This document shows, in pieces, positions 27,601 through 39,289 of a DNA stretch of 64,000 nucleotides (the stretch's first letter is position 1; the number at the start of each line of letters is the position of its first letter). This stretch comes from Octopus bimaculoides (Eukaryota). The DNA is taken from contig NC_068985.1 of NCBI RefSeq assembly GCF_001194135.2, positions 22,618,379 through 22,682,378 on the forward strand, in the 5' to 3' direction. Under the pieces are notes generated by a model. The model did not search any database and was not told the origin of the DNA. It saw only the letters and a list, made by a program, of their open reading frames with translations. The position numbers were made by a program, and so were the translations under genes.

Positions 27601-29795
27601 CATCAGTCCTAGTGAGGTTGCTATGCAGCTTGCAAGACTGAAGTCTGAGAGGGTGGCTTTATGCTAAGAGACGAGAGGTAAAAATATGAGAAAGGGCCTA
27701 AATAAGAACAGGTTTCCTGCTGTAGAGGAGCTACATGACTACTCATATTTTAGAACAGAGGATGGGAGAGAGTAGTGATAAAAACAAGTATTGAGATGAC
27801 AGAGTGGACCTTCAAGGTAAGAAGTGGGTAGAAGTGAGAGGGATCAGTAGCAGGTGGATGAATGTTACAGCTGAATAGTAAGAGAATCTGAGATGGTGAA
27901 TGGATGAAGAAGGGGAAGTAGGCAATCACTAGCAATGTAAGAATTAGAAGGGGAGGAGGAGATGACTGACAGTACAGAACAGCAGAATTATGATGATACA
28001 GCAGATAGGAGAAGGATGACAGGATGTTAGGTAGGTTGCAGGTGTAAGCAGGGAAGAGGTAGGCATAGTGCATGAAGGCGAGGAAGGAGCGAATACTAAT
28101 GGATGAAGGATGGGAAGCAAGTGAATTGGTTCTAGGTAGTAAGAAAGTGCTATCAGGGAAGAATAGCGATTAGTGAGGGTGTGGATGTGTATCCTCATGA
28201 GCCTTTGCACAGACATGGGCAACAGTGACAGTTCTTTCCCACAGCTCAATAGTTTGATATGCAAAGACAAATGCTGACATCAAGAAGGGTAACTGATCAA
28301 ATACAACCTCAAGTCTCATCCAAACCATGACAGTTTGAAAAGAAAAAACATAAGGATTTGGGTTGACAAAAAAAAAGAAGAAAAAAAAAAGAAAAAGAGT
28401 AGGAAAAAAACCCATTTAATGTCCATTTGCCATGCTGGTATGCAGACAGAAACATCTCTCCAGATCACTGCAGGGGTCGTTAAACCAACAAGGGAGTTCT
28501 CAACTTGTTGGACATAGCAGCTTTACACATTATCTAGATGTATAAAAAGGCAAGATTTGTGATGACTAGAATGACCTTTGAACATACTTCTGGCCAACCA
28601 GCTCATTTTTATTTGGCCAATAAAAAGCTGGATTCAATAAATGTTAATAAGAAGAACTTACATTATAACTGGAGAAGATTCTGGGTTATCTCGAGCCAAG
28701 TCAATTGGTTGTAATGCCTTGGTAAGTTCTTCAATTTGGGGTTCTTCTTGCTTTGGGTTGCATTTTGGCTTCAAAACGATTGTAGATCTTGTTATTTTAG
28801 TTACACCTTGTTTTTTAACTGGCAGTTTGCTTTCCTTTTCTATTATTTTCGTATTCTTCTTTTTCTGCAGGGGTAGAAAAAGTGAAAATGTAATTGTCCA
28901 TTATAACAATTCATGTGTATTCATTAATTATTAAATAAATTGTCGGTGCATTCTCTCTTACATTGGTAATATCGCCAAATACAGCTCTTCGTTTCTGGTC
29001 TGGTCCTTGGGTGACTTCAGTCTTAGAACGGGTGCGTTTCAGGGGACCTAAATTATCAGCAACGCAATGAATCTAAAATTAAAATAAAGAAAACTTAGAA
29101 GAAATTTTCAAAATGCAGACGAACAAAGTTTTAACTACAGCATAAAGATGTTCGAAGGGCAATCCTTCGGTATTCGTAGACGACATCTTTCACCCACACG
29201 TTACCTCATGACAATAAAGAGGCTAGGCTTAAAAAGACGGATTGCTGTTCGAAGTCGAATGATTTGAGTCGGGGCCAAATATTAAAATTAACATTTAGTT
29301 ACAGGAATACATTCGCGAGATGGCATTTAAAACATCCGAATTTCAGCTGAGACAAAAATTAAAGATAAAATGTATAAGCTATTGAATAAACAGGAAATTA
29401 TGCAACCAATGAGAGACTAATTTAGCAATTCAGAAAAGAATATTTTTTAAAACGTTTTCATTCAAAGGAAGATAATGAACTTGCAACGGTCAAGAAAAAA
29501 AGAAAAAAAGGAAAACAAAAAAAAAGAAAAAACTATATTTGTAATAGCGGCTTGAAATTAAATATTAACCAATGAATATTAACATCATATAAACCAAAAA
29601 TAATTTCAACTGAAATGAATAAAAAGAAAATATAATAAAGCTTTAGATAAGCAGTTGCAAATTCGACATAGAGTATATGTGAATGCTTTCGGGTATATAA
29701 ATAATATTTACCTTTACAGGAGCTTCGTTTTTAGATCGAAGAGAAGGCCCTTTGGTTAGAGGAACTATATCTCTTTTGAATTTGCGAGTGGCCAT
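15675..29795 (-). CDS. CCNB3: G2/mitotic-specific cyclin B3, 420 aa, 10 coding exons
   Basis: join (minus): 29795-29712, 29072-28962, 28864-28662, 24216-24171, 22206-22111, 20561-20328, 19638-19483, 19392-19246, 19158-19028, 15729-15675. All introns GT-AG, phases consistent, 1263 nt open. Cyclin box MRTILMDWLVEVQTNFELHHETLYLAVKLVD; FLYMCDNAY; PLSYRFLRRY; RxxF-type D-box RAVFGDITN characteristic of B3. An extra N-terminal exon cannot be excluded. Confidence 0.92.
15858..16225 (+). mobile_element. tRNA-derived SINE
   Basis: A/B-box-like head (tgtgtggtaag...ggttccaagttc) followed by family body. Related pieces at about 9500-9670, 30385-30760 and 48090-48210. Confidence 0.65.
17343..18863 (-). 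mobile_element. piggyBac deletion derivative in the last intron of cyclin B3
   Basis: TTAA at 17339-17342 and 18864-18867; 14-bp TIR CCCTTTCGTTACCA. Acidic N-terminus plus ALDYFFLLFP (ORF 18155-18583) and IDEDMVGYKGRVRFRQYMPGKPTKRGIKVW (17655-17879). The remainder of the transposase is missing. Confidence 0.9.
18398..18470. other. Assembly gap (73 N)
   Basis: Run of n. Confidence 1.
24960..25255 (-). mobile_element. RTE-like LINE 3' fragment
   Basis: ACIKTAILNGSKTW...LERNEASMLHWMYNV...LREKLGIRGI. A related decayed piece lies on the plus strand at about 47340-47560. Confidence 0.7.
25254..25620 (+). mobile_element. tRNA-derived SINE, near full length
   Basis: A box TGGCCCAGTGG, B-box-like GTTTCGATTTC, core ttgagcgaagacac, (caa)n tail. 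Relatives at about 31610-31885, 32405-32560, 34478-34710 and 42640-42770. Confidence 0.75.
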
Positions 29796-29879
29796 ATCTC
29801 AGGTATGAACGGAATAAAATATATCAAATGTAAATACAACGATACACACGAACAGCAAGTAAACTGTTTATAAACTGAG

Positions 29880-29935
29880 GAAACTGGACCGTTTGAATTT
29901 CGTACGTTTATTTCCTGCTTGCTGATTGGTTCAGT
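29880..29935 (-). promoter_or_regulatory. Cyclin B3 core promoter candidate: CCAAT box (29925-29929) and CHR-like TTTGAA (29892-29897)
   Basis: Motifs lie about 100-130 bp upstream of the ATG in a CpG-containing patch. CCAAT plus CHR is the known architecture of vertebrate G2/M promoters. Confidence 0.45.
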
Positions 29936-32281
29936 TCCCCCCACCATCACTTAAATATGTTAAGGGACATAACTCAGTCTTCCTATTCCTAACGTAGTTT
30001 CGATTCTTTGAAACCACTGTTTTTATGTCACTTATTTCTTTTTTTAAAAATGCACGAACGTTACACACTCTTTTATTTTAAATCCTATTTTTAAAAAAAT
30101 CATGCTAATTTTCGCAGGTTTCTTAAATCACTCACAGACTCACTCTTGCCCACAATCGTGCTTGTCCCTTCTCTTTACCCCATTGATTGGTATTAAATCA
30201 CTCGCAAACATATCCCTGCCTTGGCCTACCAGTATGCTCTCTCTCCTCCTCCTCTCTCCCTTTTTATCACTCCCAGCTAGCTACCTCCGCTTATCATCCT
30301 TATCCTGTTCAATCACATAGGCACCGCACTTCCCAGAACGACGAGCCACTGGAATCTTTCTTATGTTTTCTATTTTTTACGTTTCAGTCATTTCACTACG
30401 GCCATGCTGGGGCACCGCTTCAAAGGGTTTAGTCGCACAAATCGACAATAGTACTATTTTTTTAGTGTAATACTTATTGTATCGGTGTCTTTTGCTAAAC
30501 CGCTAGGTCACGGGGATGTAAACAAACCAACACCTGCTGTCAAGCGGTGGTGGGCACGGACAAACACAAAGATACTCGCATGCGCACACACATATATATA
30601 TACAGATATACAACAGGCTTCCACACATTTTCCGTCTACCAAGTTCACCCACAAGGCATTGGTTGGCTCGGGGCTATAGTAGAAGACATTTGCCAAAGAT
30701 GCCGCGCAGTAGAACTGATCCGAAACTATGTGGTTGCGCACACCCATACTTGTGCCTAAAACTAATGATTTCAATCACTGTGTCTGGTTTGTGAAACCGA
30801 AAAGATCCGTTGTTCACTTAAAACAGGTTAAAACGGAAGATTAACAGCATCGTGCTCGCTGGCCTCGGAGAGCCTGGAAAAGTCATGGATACCGCCCCTT
30901 CCTCAAGACTGAGCAATTAAAAATAAAACGTCAAAAATAAAAGCCTATTTCACATTGCTGCTAATGATCTTAGGAAACACACGCAGCAGAACACTAAATT
31001 TCTCTTACCTTACAAATCTCAAATATTTCATACATGTATATAAAGAATTTCTTTTGCAATTTTTACGTTTGACATTCTAATGCATAAAACAACTAAAGGA
31101 TTTTGGGGAGGGTCACGAACCAACTAAAGAATCTGCTAAAGATAGTAGCCAAATCTCCTTCATATCACAACCAACAGTCATAAAAAGGAAGGATACTGGA
31201 TAAGTTGGTTAGATTGTCTTTGATCGTAAGTCTGCTTAACATTCCCTTAAATCACATCTTAATGTACTGAGAGAAAAAAGAAAGATGAATGCATTGGATT
31301 ATGTACTTCTTGTTAAGCTATCTTGCAAAAAAAAAAAAAAAAAAAAAAAAAAAAGGAACGGTCGCGGCCAGATTGCTTTTAATCATATATACACTTAATC
31401 AGGGCTGACATAAAGTTAATGTAATTATCTCCGAACCTGCTAATTACTAACATATTACATGCACCACCAGGTTTCTCTGGCTATTGTAAATATACTGTTT
31501 ACTGCGAGAAACAAATTCAGATTCATTTGAAACTTAATAGTGTATTTAACAAAACTTTCCTAGGTGGTCGATGTTCACCTCCGATTTCAATGACGATAAG
31601 TACGTAAGCATCCCCTGGACCGGTGGTCAGAGCGTTGGGCTTACAATCATAAGATTATAAGTTCGATTCCCTGCCGAGCTGTTTGTTGTGTTCTTGAGCA
31701 AGACGCTTTATTTCACGTTGCTCCGATTCACTCGGTTACAGAAATGAGTTGCGACTTTACTGGTGCTTTTGCCTTTCCGATGTGGAGAGGGGAGACTAGT
31801 ATGCATGGGCAACTTCCACAAACAACCTTACCTGGACTTGTGCCTCAGAGGGGAACTTTCTAGTTCCGATCTCATTGTCATTTGTGACCGAAAGGGGTAT
31901 TTAAGTACACGAAGTTCCTCGTTCTGTAATGAATTCAGTATTATAAATTCAAACTCTGTCGATGTCAACTTGGCCTTTTATTCTTTCGGGATCAGTAAAA
32001 AAAAACAAAAAGACACTTCAATCTAGGACGGTGATTTTGTGAAAATGAAAGAACAGTTAACCTTGCGGTATTTGTTCTGACCTTTTCATTCCGAGTTCAA
32101 ATCCTGCCACGGCATACTTGGTCGTCCGGTTTATCACTACCATTTGGCACTCTAAGTGCATTTAGCGGAGTCTACTATGTTGAAAGCATTCGAGCGAGAC
32201 CTCTGGTTTCATTATACCTTTCCCCTTCCCTCCCTTCAGTTATGGAGACCCTGTAACAGAGTAATGGGTACTACCTCTCCG

Positions 32282-32316
<35 letters not shown>

Positions 32317-33564
32317 GCTAACATATTACTCGTCAATTTTACTGTGCTGACGCCGTTACAACTTTGTACTACGGCACTCACCTTCGTTACAACTTTGTAG
32401 CGAAGGTGAATGGCGTAGTGGTTAAGGTGTTTAGTTAAATACGATAATGTCATGGATTCAATCGCTGGACCGGTTGACAGATTGTGTCTTTGAGAAAGGT
32501 ACTTAATTTCAAGTTGCCCTAGCCTGCTCACCCGTGAGTATTATCCGAGTGTTGATGCACCTTTCTCCTTCCAGTTGTCATATCCTGGGTGCGCCTTTGG
32601 GTCAAGGGTGAAGAAGCTGAGAGGATGTCGATGTCTGCTCGGGATGACCAAGGTACTTAAAACAAATAGCGAAAGCATGGTACATATATCTATCTGCTTG
32701 AGAGTGGAAGGTGGTCGTACATTATACAACTTTATTATACCGGTGAACTGAGTCGTTTAGATCTTAATGAACAAACACTATTGCAAGAATTCGAATTGAC
32801 CACTACTCAGGTGGTTTACGACACCCATCAACTTGAATGTTCCTATGCTCGGAGAAGTTTGATGCAAACAACTTTTGTTTTAAGCATCATCAATGCTTGT
32901 CAGTCGTGTATAGCATGAATAATTTCGAATTAAAAGTGCTCCCTTACAGGCTTTCATTGGAACGTATTCCTACAAATCACTCAATTTTAAGAAACAGTGA
33001 TATTACTAAGTCAGCTTTCATTCTATTTTTGCTACCTCCATAACAAACTGTTTTATGTCGAACTAGCAAGGTAGTCATTGCATGATCCTAGAAATAGCAG
33101 CAAATTTCTCTGTCTTAAAAGACTGCGTTAGGTAATATAGTATTAGTTAAATAACGTTTGAATAAAAGGCAGGTAGTCGTAGGTTTAACACTTTTGGCCA
33201 TAGGTCTACCAAGGGCATTCTTAACAACCCTATGGGTCTCTGAGCAAAACAATACATTGTGGACTCTACATTTATTTATAAGCAGCAAACTACAAACCAC
33301 AGCAAAGTATTGAGTTCCTAAACCTGTAGGGCCCCTGAGCAACTGCCCGGTGTACTCATGCCTGAAGACACTGTTAGTCAGGTTTAATCCGAGGCCTAAC
33401 GGCATCACTGTGGAAGGCTTACTTATTTTCACTGACTAGGATATCATTAAAACATTCTGCAATAGCGATTTCGAAAACTTAATCTCTTTCAACAACGCTA
33501 AAACAGATTCATAATACATATCGAGGAAACAAAACTATCATTAAACTACAATTTAAATGCCGCG

Positions 33565-33735
33565 AGCTGGCAGAATCGTTAGCACGCAGGACAAAATGTT
33601 TCTATGTATTTTGTCTATCGTTATGTTCTGAGTTCAAATTCCGCTGTGGTTGACTTTGCCTTTCATCCTTTCGGATTCAATGAAATAAATACCAGTTGAA
33701 TACTGGAGTCGATGTAATCGAGTAACCTCCTCACA
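33565..33735 (+). mobile_element. SINE (gcggcgagctggcagaa family)
   Basis: Closely related copy at 40293-40470. Confidence 0.7.
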
Positions 33736-35388
33736 CCAAATCTTATTGAAAATAGGTAACGTAGTTTTAAGGACAGTGTATCTGAGTACAATAAGATGAC
33801 CACGGTTAGAATGTCTTTGATCGTAGTTTTGCTGGATTAGGACTAACCTTGAACTAAACAATGACAATGATAACTTATAAAACAATTTCCGACAAGCTCT
33901 CGCAGAAAAATTCATCTGAAAGATTGAGTTTCATTTGCAATCTCGAACAGTTGTTAATCCGTTTCAAAACATAAATTGTATTTAGTTTAATAATTATAAT
34001 TCCTGTTAAAATAATCAACACAATAAGTGGAATGATCAAAGCTTGGCGAAAGATAAATGATAAAATCGTAAAACTCGTTTAAATTGTATACTTTCTTTAA
34101 TCATATTGGTAATTGTCGACAATATTTCAGATACTTTGTGCATGTGTATAACTACACATCAGTGCTCCATTTTGTTTCCTTATAACTTTCTTAGAAATGC
34201 ATACATTTTTATGATGTATTGTAGATACATTGCGGAGAGGATAAATTACCATTATATGTATAAAAATAACTCTCTTTGATATTGTGTAGCAAAAAACGTT
34301 TTGGAGAGAACGCAGATTACGTAGCATTGATGTTTCAAACACCACATGATTTCGAGTTTAGGTAGTCCCACTGCATGGCACCTTCAGCAATCCCGAGCCA
34401 ACCAATGTCTTGTGAGTGAATTAAGATGGAATCTACGCGGAAGTACGCCGCGCACGTGTGTATACCGGGAAAGGAGCGCATGGCTTAGTGGTTAGAATGT
34501 TGCACTCAGGATCACTAGATCGCGATTTCAATTTCTAAACCGGGTGGTGCTTTGTGTTCTTGAGCAAAACACTTTATCTCACGTTGCTCTGCGATCACTT
34601 CGAAACGTGACGCGTGGCACACAGCGCACCTGTTCAGACAACGCCGATTTGATGGAGAGAGTGAGCTAATGTGCGGCACGAACATTTGATCATTATAAAC
34701 AGATCATTGTGCAAGTCGTCGTCTGTGTCCAACAGCGCTTGATACCACATTCCAATGACAGAAACAAGACAAAAGATATAACTAAAAAAACAAACAAACA
34801 AAAAAAAAAAACAAGAGTGAACAATGCACAAGTTACGGGAATTAGTGATATCAAAATCAAGATGGGAGGAGGAAGAACGATTCGAAATTCACTCAAAAAA
34901 TCATCGGCAAAATAAAAAATATGCATTTTAAAGAGAGTTATGAGGAAACAGAATCGAGAGTGGGTGGAAAATTATTCCAAACTCCTTAATTATTACAATC
35001 GTAATCGACATCCTCGAAATGTTTCTCTGGAAAATAACATGGAAAATTTAAAATTTTCATGAAGTTATGCTGAAAGAATTTCGGTAATGGAAGAGAGACA
35101 CCGATCTGTTTTGCCTAGTTTCGTTTTAGTGAAAATAAGTAAATTATTGCTTATTTTTTTAAAGTAAAATCATCGCCTAGTTTGATCCGCGTGACGAGTA
35201 CGTAATTCCAGCCTTCGCTCATTGTTGATCTGACAAAAAGAAAATGAGATAAAACGTTAAATGAAACGTTAAAAAATTAATTTAGTTTGAAACTTAATAA
35301 TAGTGACAAGCACCGAGCATACACCGTACATTCTAATGAGCATGCCATTAAGCCATATTTTCACGCATGCGCACTTATCTGATTTCGA

Positions 35389-37248
35389 ATGCCTCGCTCT
35401 GTGTCGAAGTTGTTTATTAACTTTCATGGTATCATACGCTCTCTACAGCTAACGTTGAAGTTGTCGCAGCTTACACTAAACATGGACTGGGGTTATAGTG
35501 ATACAGATACTTCTTCAACGAACAATCCTTCTTCCCGTGATGAATGCCTTACTATGTCTCCGTCACTGTCTTCAGAAATGTCAGCAAGTGATTCTGACCC
35601 TCCTCCGAAAACTGATATTTCTCCTCCCGAATCAATACAAGAAACAAAGTCGAAACTTAAGTCGCGCATTCTTCCTAAATCTTTATTGGACTCAGTGACA
35701 GAAAAAATTCGCGATGGAATTGTTCCTCAGGCTGACATTGTAAAGAGTCCTTGTAATTTCAACGATAACTTTTGTATTGGAGAGGAACATCAATTAACTA
35801 ATACAACTTGTTTTCTGGAAGACGAAACTGTTTCTCTAACTTTTTGCCCTAAAACTTTTATTGATAAACAAGAGGCAGAAAACATAACGGTTGTTCCTGA
35901 GGGTGAAGTCTTGACATCTTCGGAGTGCAATGACAGTGTTACGAAACAGACAGTTATCGATGAAGAAAGTGGAACATTAACTTTTAATAATTTAAGTGAT
36001 GAGAATTCGATTTTAACCGTGTTTAGTGATGAAGAAACACGAACGAAAAAGCAAAATAAAAATTCGTTCAAACAAATTCCAAATTATTTTATTTCAATCC
36101 AGTTTTCTGATACAGAAATTAATACAAATTTAAAAGATGTACAGAAATCTGTTATGAAAAAAAATGGAAATTATTCCTTGGCAGTTGTACCGCTTCATAG
36201 TCTTCACATGACGCTTGCTGTGATGCATTTAGGGGGAGACGACGATATAGACCGGGCCAGAGCAGCATTAGATCGGTCTGGAGTTAAACTGACACCAAAA
36301 TATGAAAAGGAGATGTTAAAGCTTCCTTTACAAGGTCTGGGAAACTTTAGAAATTCAGTAGTTTTTGCTAAAGTCCAGCCAGGAGACCATGTTGCAAAGT
36401 TGGAAGAAATTGCTGAAGAAATTCAAGCGCAATTCTTTGCAGAAGGGTTAGTTGGAAAACAATCAAATTTCACGCCTCATGTTACGGTGATGAAGTTATC
36501 GAGGGTTGGAAAAAAATTAACTAAAAAGACAGGATTGAAAAAGATTTATCCTGACGTTTATGATGAATTTATCGACAGTTATTTTGGCTGCCAGCCTGTA
36601 GGTAGTATACAACTCTGCTCAATGTTAAAACAAAAAGGCATCTCTGGTTATTACCATATAGAGCATGAAATATATTTTGGTACTAGTTCTAAAAATGGAA
36701 CTAAAAATAGCAACGCTGCTCCAGAATCGGTTAGTGAAAATCAAATGAAGTTGGGTTCAACCTCAAAACCTTCACCTGACAATGAATGTGAAAAAGCTAC
36801 TGATATATCAGAGAAAACTAATTCAACTTCCGATGAAGCAGTCAACCATGCGGATGAAATGAACTCGTCATCAACTTCAACTCTGAAGCCCGATTCGTCC
36901 CATTCTGTTATAGGATCTCAGTCACAATTAGATACAGAATCAACATGTCCTGCAGAAATAGTAACTGTTATAGAACCACTGGTTGTTGCAGAAATCAGTC
37001 CTATATCTGTGAGTGAACCTCGCAGTCCTTGTAAAAGTTTCGTTGATGTTATTGAAGAAGGTTTGGAACTAGCCGAAGAGGCAATAGAGTATGTTAATAA
37101 GGGTTCATCTTTACCTCGTGCCTCTTCACCGAGTGAATCGCTTCCAAATCCAGATCCACATGAAACAAATATTCAAATTTCAGGTAATGAAGGAAGTTCT
37201 CCTCTTACTAAAAAATTAAAAAAGACACCGAATTGCAACATTATGTAA
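35389..37248 (+). CDS. AKAP7: AKAP7-like 2H phosphoesterase (2',5'-phosphodiesterase-like), intronless ORF, 619 aa (588 aa from the better-context ATG at 35482)
   Basis: Domain at 36079-36681 follows AKAP7 gamma/delta: PNYFISI, HMT (36205-36213), LQGLGNF, FTPHVTVMKLS (HVT 36478-36486), LCSMLKQKGISGYYH. Flanks are acidic and low-complexity. Orthology versus paralogy not established. Confidence 0.85.
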   Translation: MPRSVSKLFINFHGIIRSLQLTLKLSQLTLNMDWGYSDTDTSSTNNPSSRDECLTMSPSLSSEMSASDSDPPPKTDISPPESIQETKSKLKSRILPKSLLDSVTEKIRDGIVPQADIVKSPCNFNDNFCIGEEHQLTNTTCFLEDETVSLTFCPKTFIDKQEAENITVVPEGEVLTSSECNDSVTKQTVIDEESGTLTFNNLSDENSILTVFSDEETRTKKQNKNSFKQIPNYFISIQFSDTEINTNLKDVQKSVMKKNGNYSLAVVPLHSLHMTLAVMHLGGDDDIDRARAALDRSGVKLTPKYEKEMLKLPLQGLGNFRNSVVFAKVQPGDHVAKLEEIAEEIQAQFFAEGLVGKQSNFTPHVTVMKLSRVGKKLTKKTGLKKIYPDVYDEFIDSYFGCQPVGSIQLCSMLKQKGISGYYHIEHEIYFGTSSKNGTKNSNAAPESVSENQMKLGSTSKPSPDNECEKATDISEKTNSTSDEAVNHADEMNSSSTSTLKPDSSHSVIGSQSQLDTESTCPAEIVTVIEPLVVAEISPISVSEPRSPCKSFVDVIEEGLELAEEAIEYVNKGSSLPRASSPSESLPNPDPHETNIQISGNEGSSPLTKKLKKTPNCNIM

Positions 37249-37757
37249 AATGTTTATAGTTGCAATAGAAAGTATAAATATTAAGATCATAAGATATTAT
37301 TTCAGGACTTTGAAAAATCATCTGTCATTTGTCATTTTTGCACATGGTTTTGTTTTGCAGTTTCTTTTCTTAAAGTTTTTAGTTTGGTGTAAATATATAA
37401 AATTATGAGTTGTTAACAAATTGTGATCGAATTACATGATTACAAAATTTAGGAAGTGCCTTGATTAATGCTTTTTTGTTATTTATAAATAAAATCCCTG
37501 GCCCCTCTCCCTCTTTTTTTTTTTAAATTTAAAATTAAATTTTAAGGAAAATCTATTTTACTGTCATTAGGTAATAAAATAAAACCAAAAGAACTTGACA
37601 TAAAACAACTTCGAAATGTTTTGTAAATTGTCATCTTTTAAACACTTTGGCAGTCTGTCTCTGGAAAGATAATGAATGACTATATAAATGTGATCTTATT
37701 GCACTTTCTTTTTAATACGCTTAGATTTTTTAAAATTTTTTTGTAGATAGTACTTCA

Positions 37758-37827
<70 letters not shown>

Positions 37828-39289
37828 GTACTACCTTATAGCTACATTCAATTAAAATTTAAATCTCTATATTTTTTAAATTTACTGTTTCGTCATGGTA
37901 TATTCTTGTTAAAAGCATCATTTAATTTTATAGGCAGTAGTAATAGTTGTTAATCTGTTATATTCACTGACATTTTCTATAAAGAAAATCTTTATTTTAT
38001 TAATTATTAGCTTGAACATTTAACACCCACCGCTTTCCCCAAGATCTTCATAATTTACTTATCCAGTGTTATTAATTTCTAAGGTGTACTTGCATTATCA
38101 ATCTAGTGTTATCGCCGACACCATCTGAAAGCTAAATATTGCTTCTAATGAAACCAAAGTTAACTTTTGTTGCTAATTAAGCACAACTCATTTCTTAAGA
38201 ACATTCTAGCATAAAACTGATTATTTTTGGGCATACGTAAAGTTACGTCTTTCATTATTTGTTTTTCTTATATGCGAAACATTTCTTGTATTTTATAATT
38301 ATTACTGAACAGTTGTTGCCGAATTCTACTTCGAAATAGTAGTTGATGTCAAGATTAGTAATAATTTTTTTTTTCCAGTTGTTAAAATGACTAAAATTTG
38401 CTTTTAAAGATAGACGAACAGTGTATTTATAGTTTGGTGCCTCAAAATTGCGCAGCACTTTATAATATATCCAACTCGTTCAACATGTTCATTACCTTGC
38501 ATGGTTTCAAATTTTCTCTCAATGTTTAAGCTATCGGGCACTATTATTGTAAAACTTGCATCACACAGAAATTTTTACAATTATTGAACCAGCAAAACAA
38601 TCTCTAATGATGTGTGTAATTAGTTTAAATTTACTTTATATGGTCTTCGTTTATCATTTACTAAGTATATAATCAGAACGGCTTTTTCGTGTTGACACCT
38701 CGAGATGTGAGGTGCTCACGGAAATTGATAAACAAAGTGTGAAGTTATTTTTGTGATGAATATTTGGAAATACTATTAATATAACATGCAATGTTTCTAA
38801 CCTGAAAATAAATAAATGAAACAAAAACTTATTAAAGAAAAGAATTACATGTCTAACCTGCTAAATATTTATATTTCAAAATGTTTGTATATATATATAT
38901 TTAATGTGCGTTTGTTTGCGGGTGCGCAGCGGTATGACAATCCCCTCCCCTTTTTTTGTTACTTTGGTTGGCAGTTGCTTTCACCAAAAGACTTAACTAT
39001 TTGATTGAATTGATTAAATTCTTCAATTATGATCCTAAAAATATCTACATAGTCACTGTCATCTGGCTGCTAAGGAATTATTTTCTAATTTATTTAAATG
39101 TAAGCAGAGATTTCTCAACCAACAACCAGTGCCATTGTTGAAATTCTGAGGTAGATTAAATAAGTTGTCAGACGAAATCCTGTTCCAGGCATTGTATTAT
39201 GCTTTTATTATTCTACTTGTTTAAACTCACCTAATTTAGAAAAAGGTTCCTGGTTTATGTTAGGAATGGTAATCCTGCTGTAAAACACT

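Noticed and set aside
34478-34560. tRNA-like sequence with A/B boxes
   Set aside because: No complete cloverleaf; continues into SINE core and has diverged relatives in the window.
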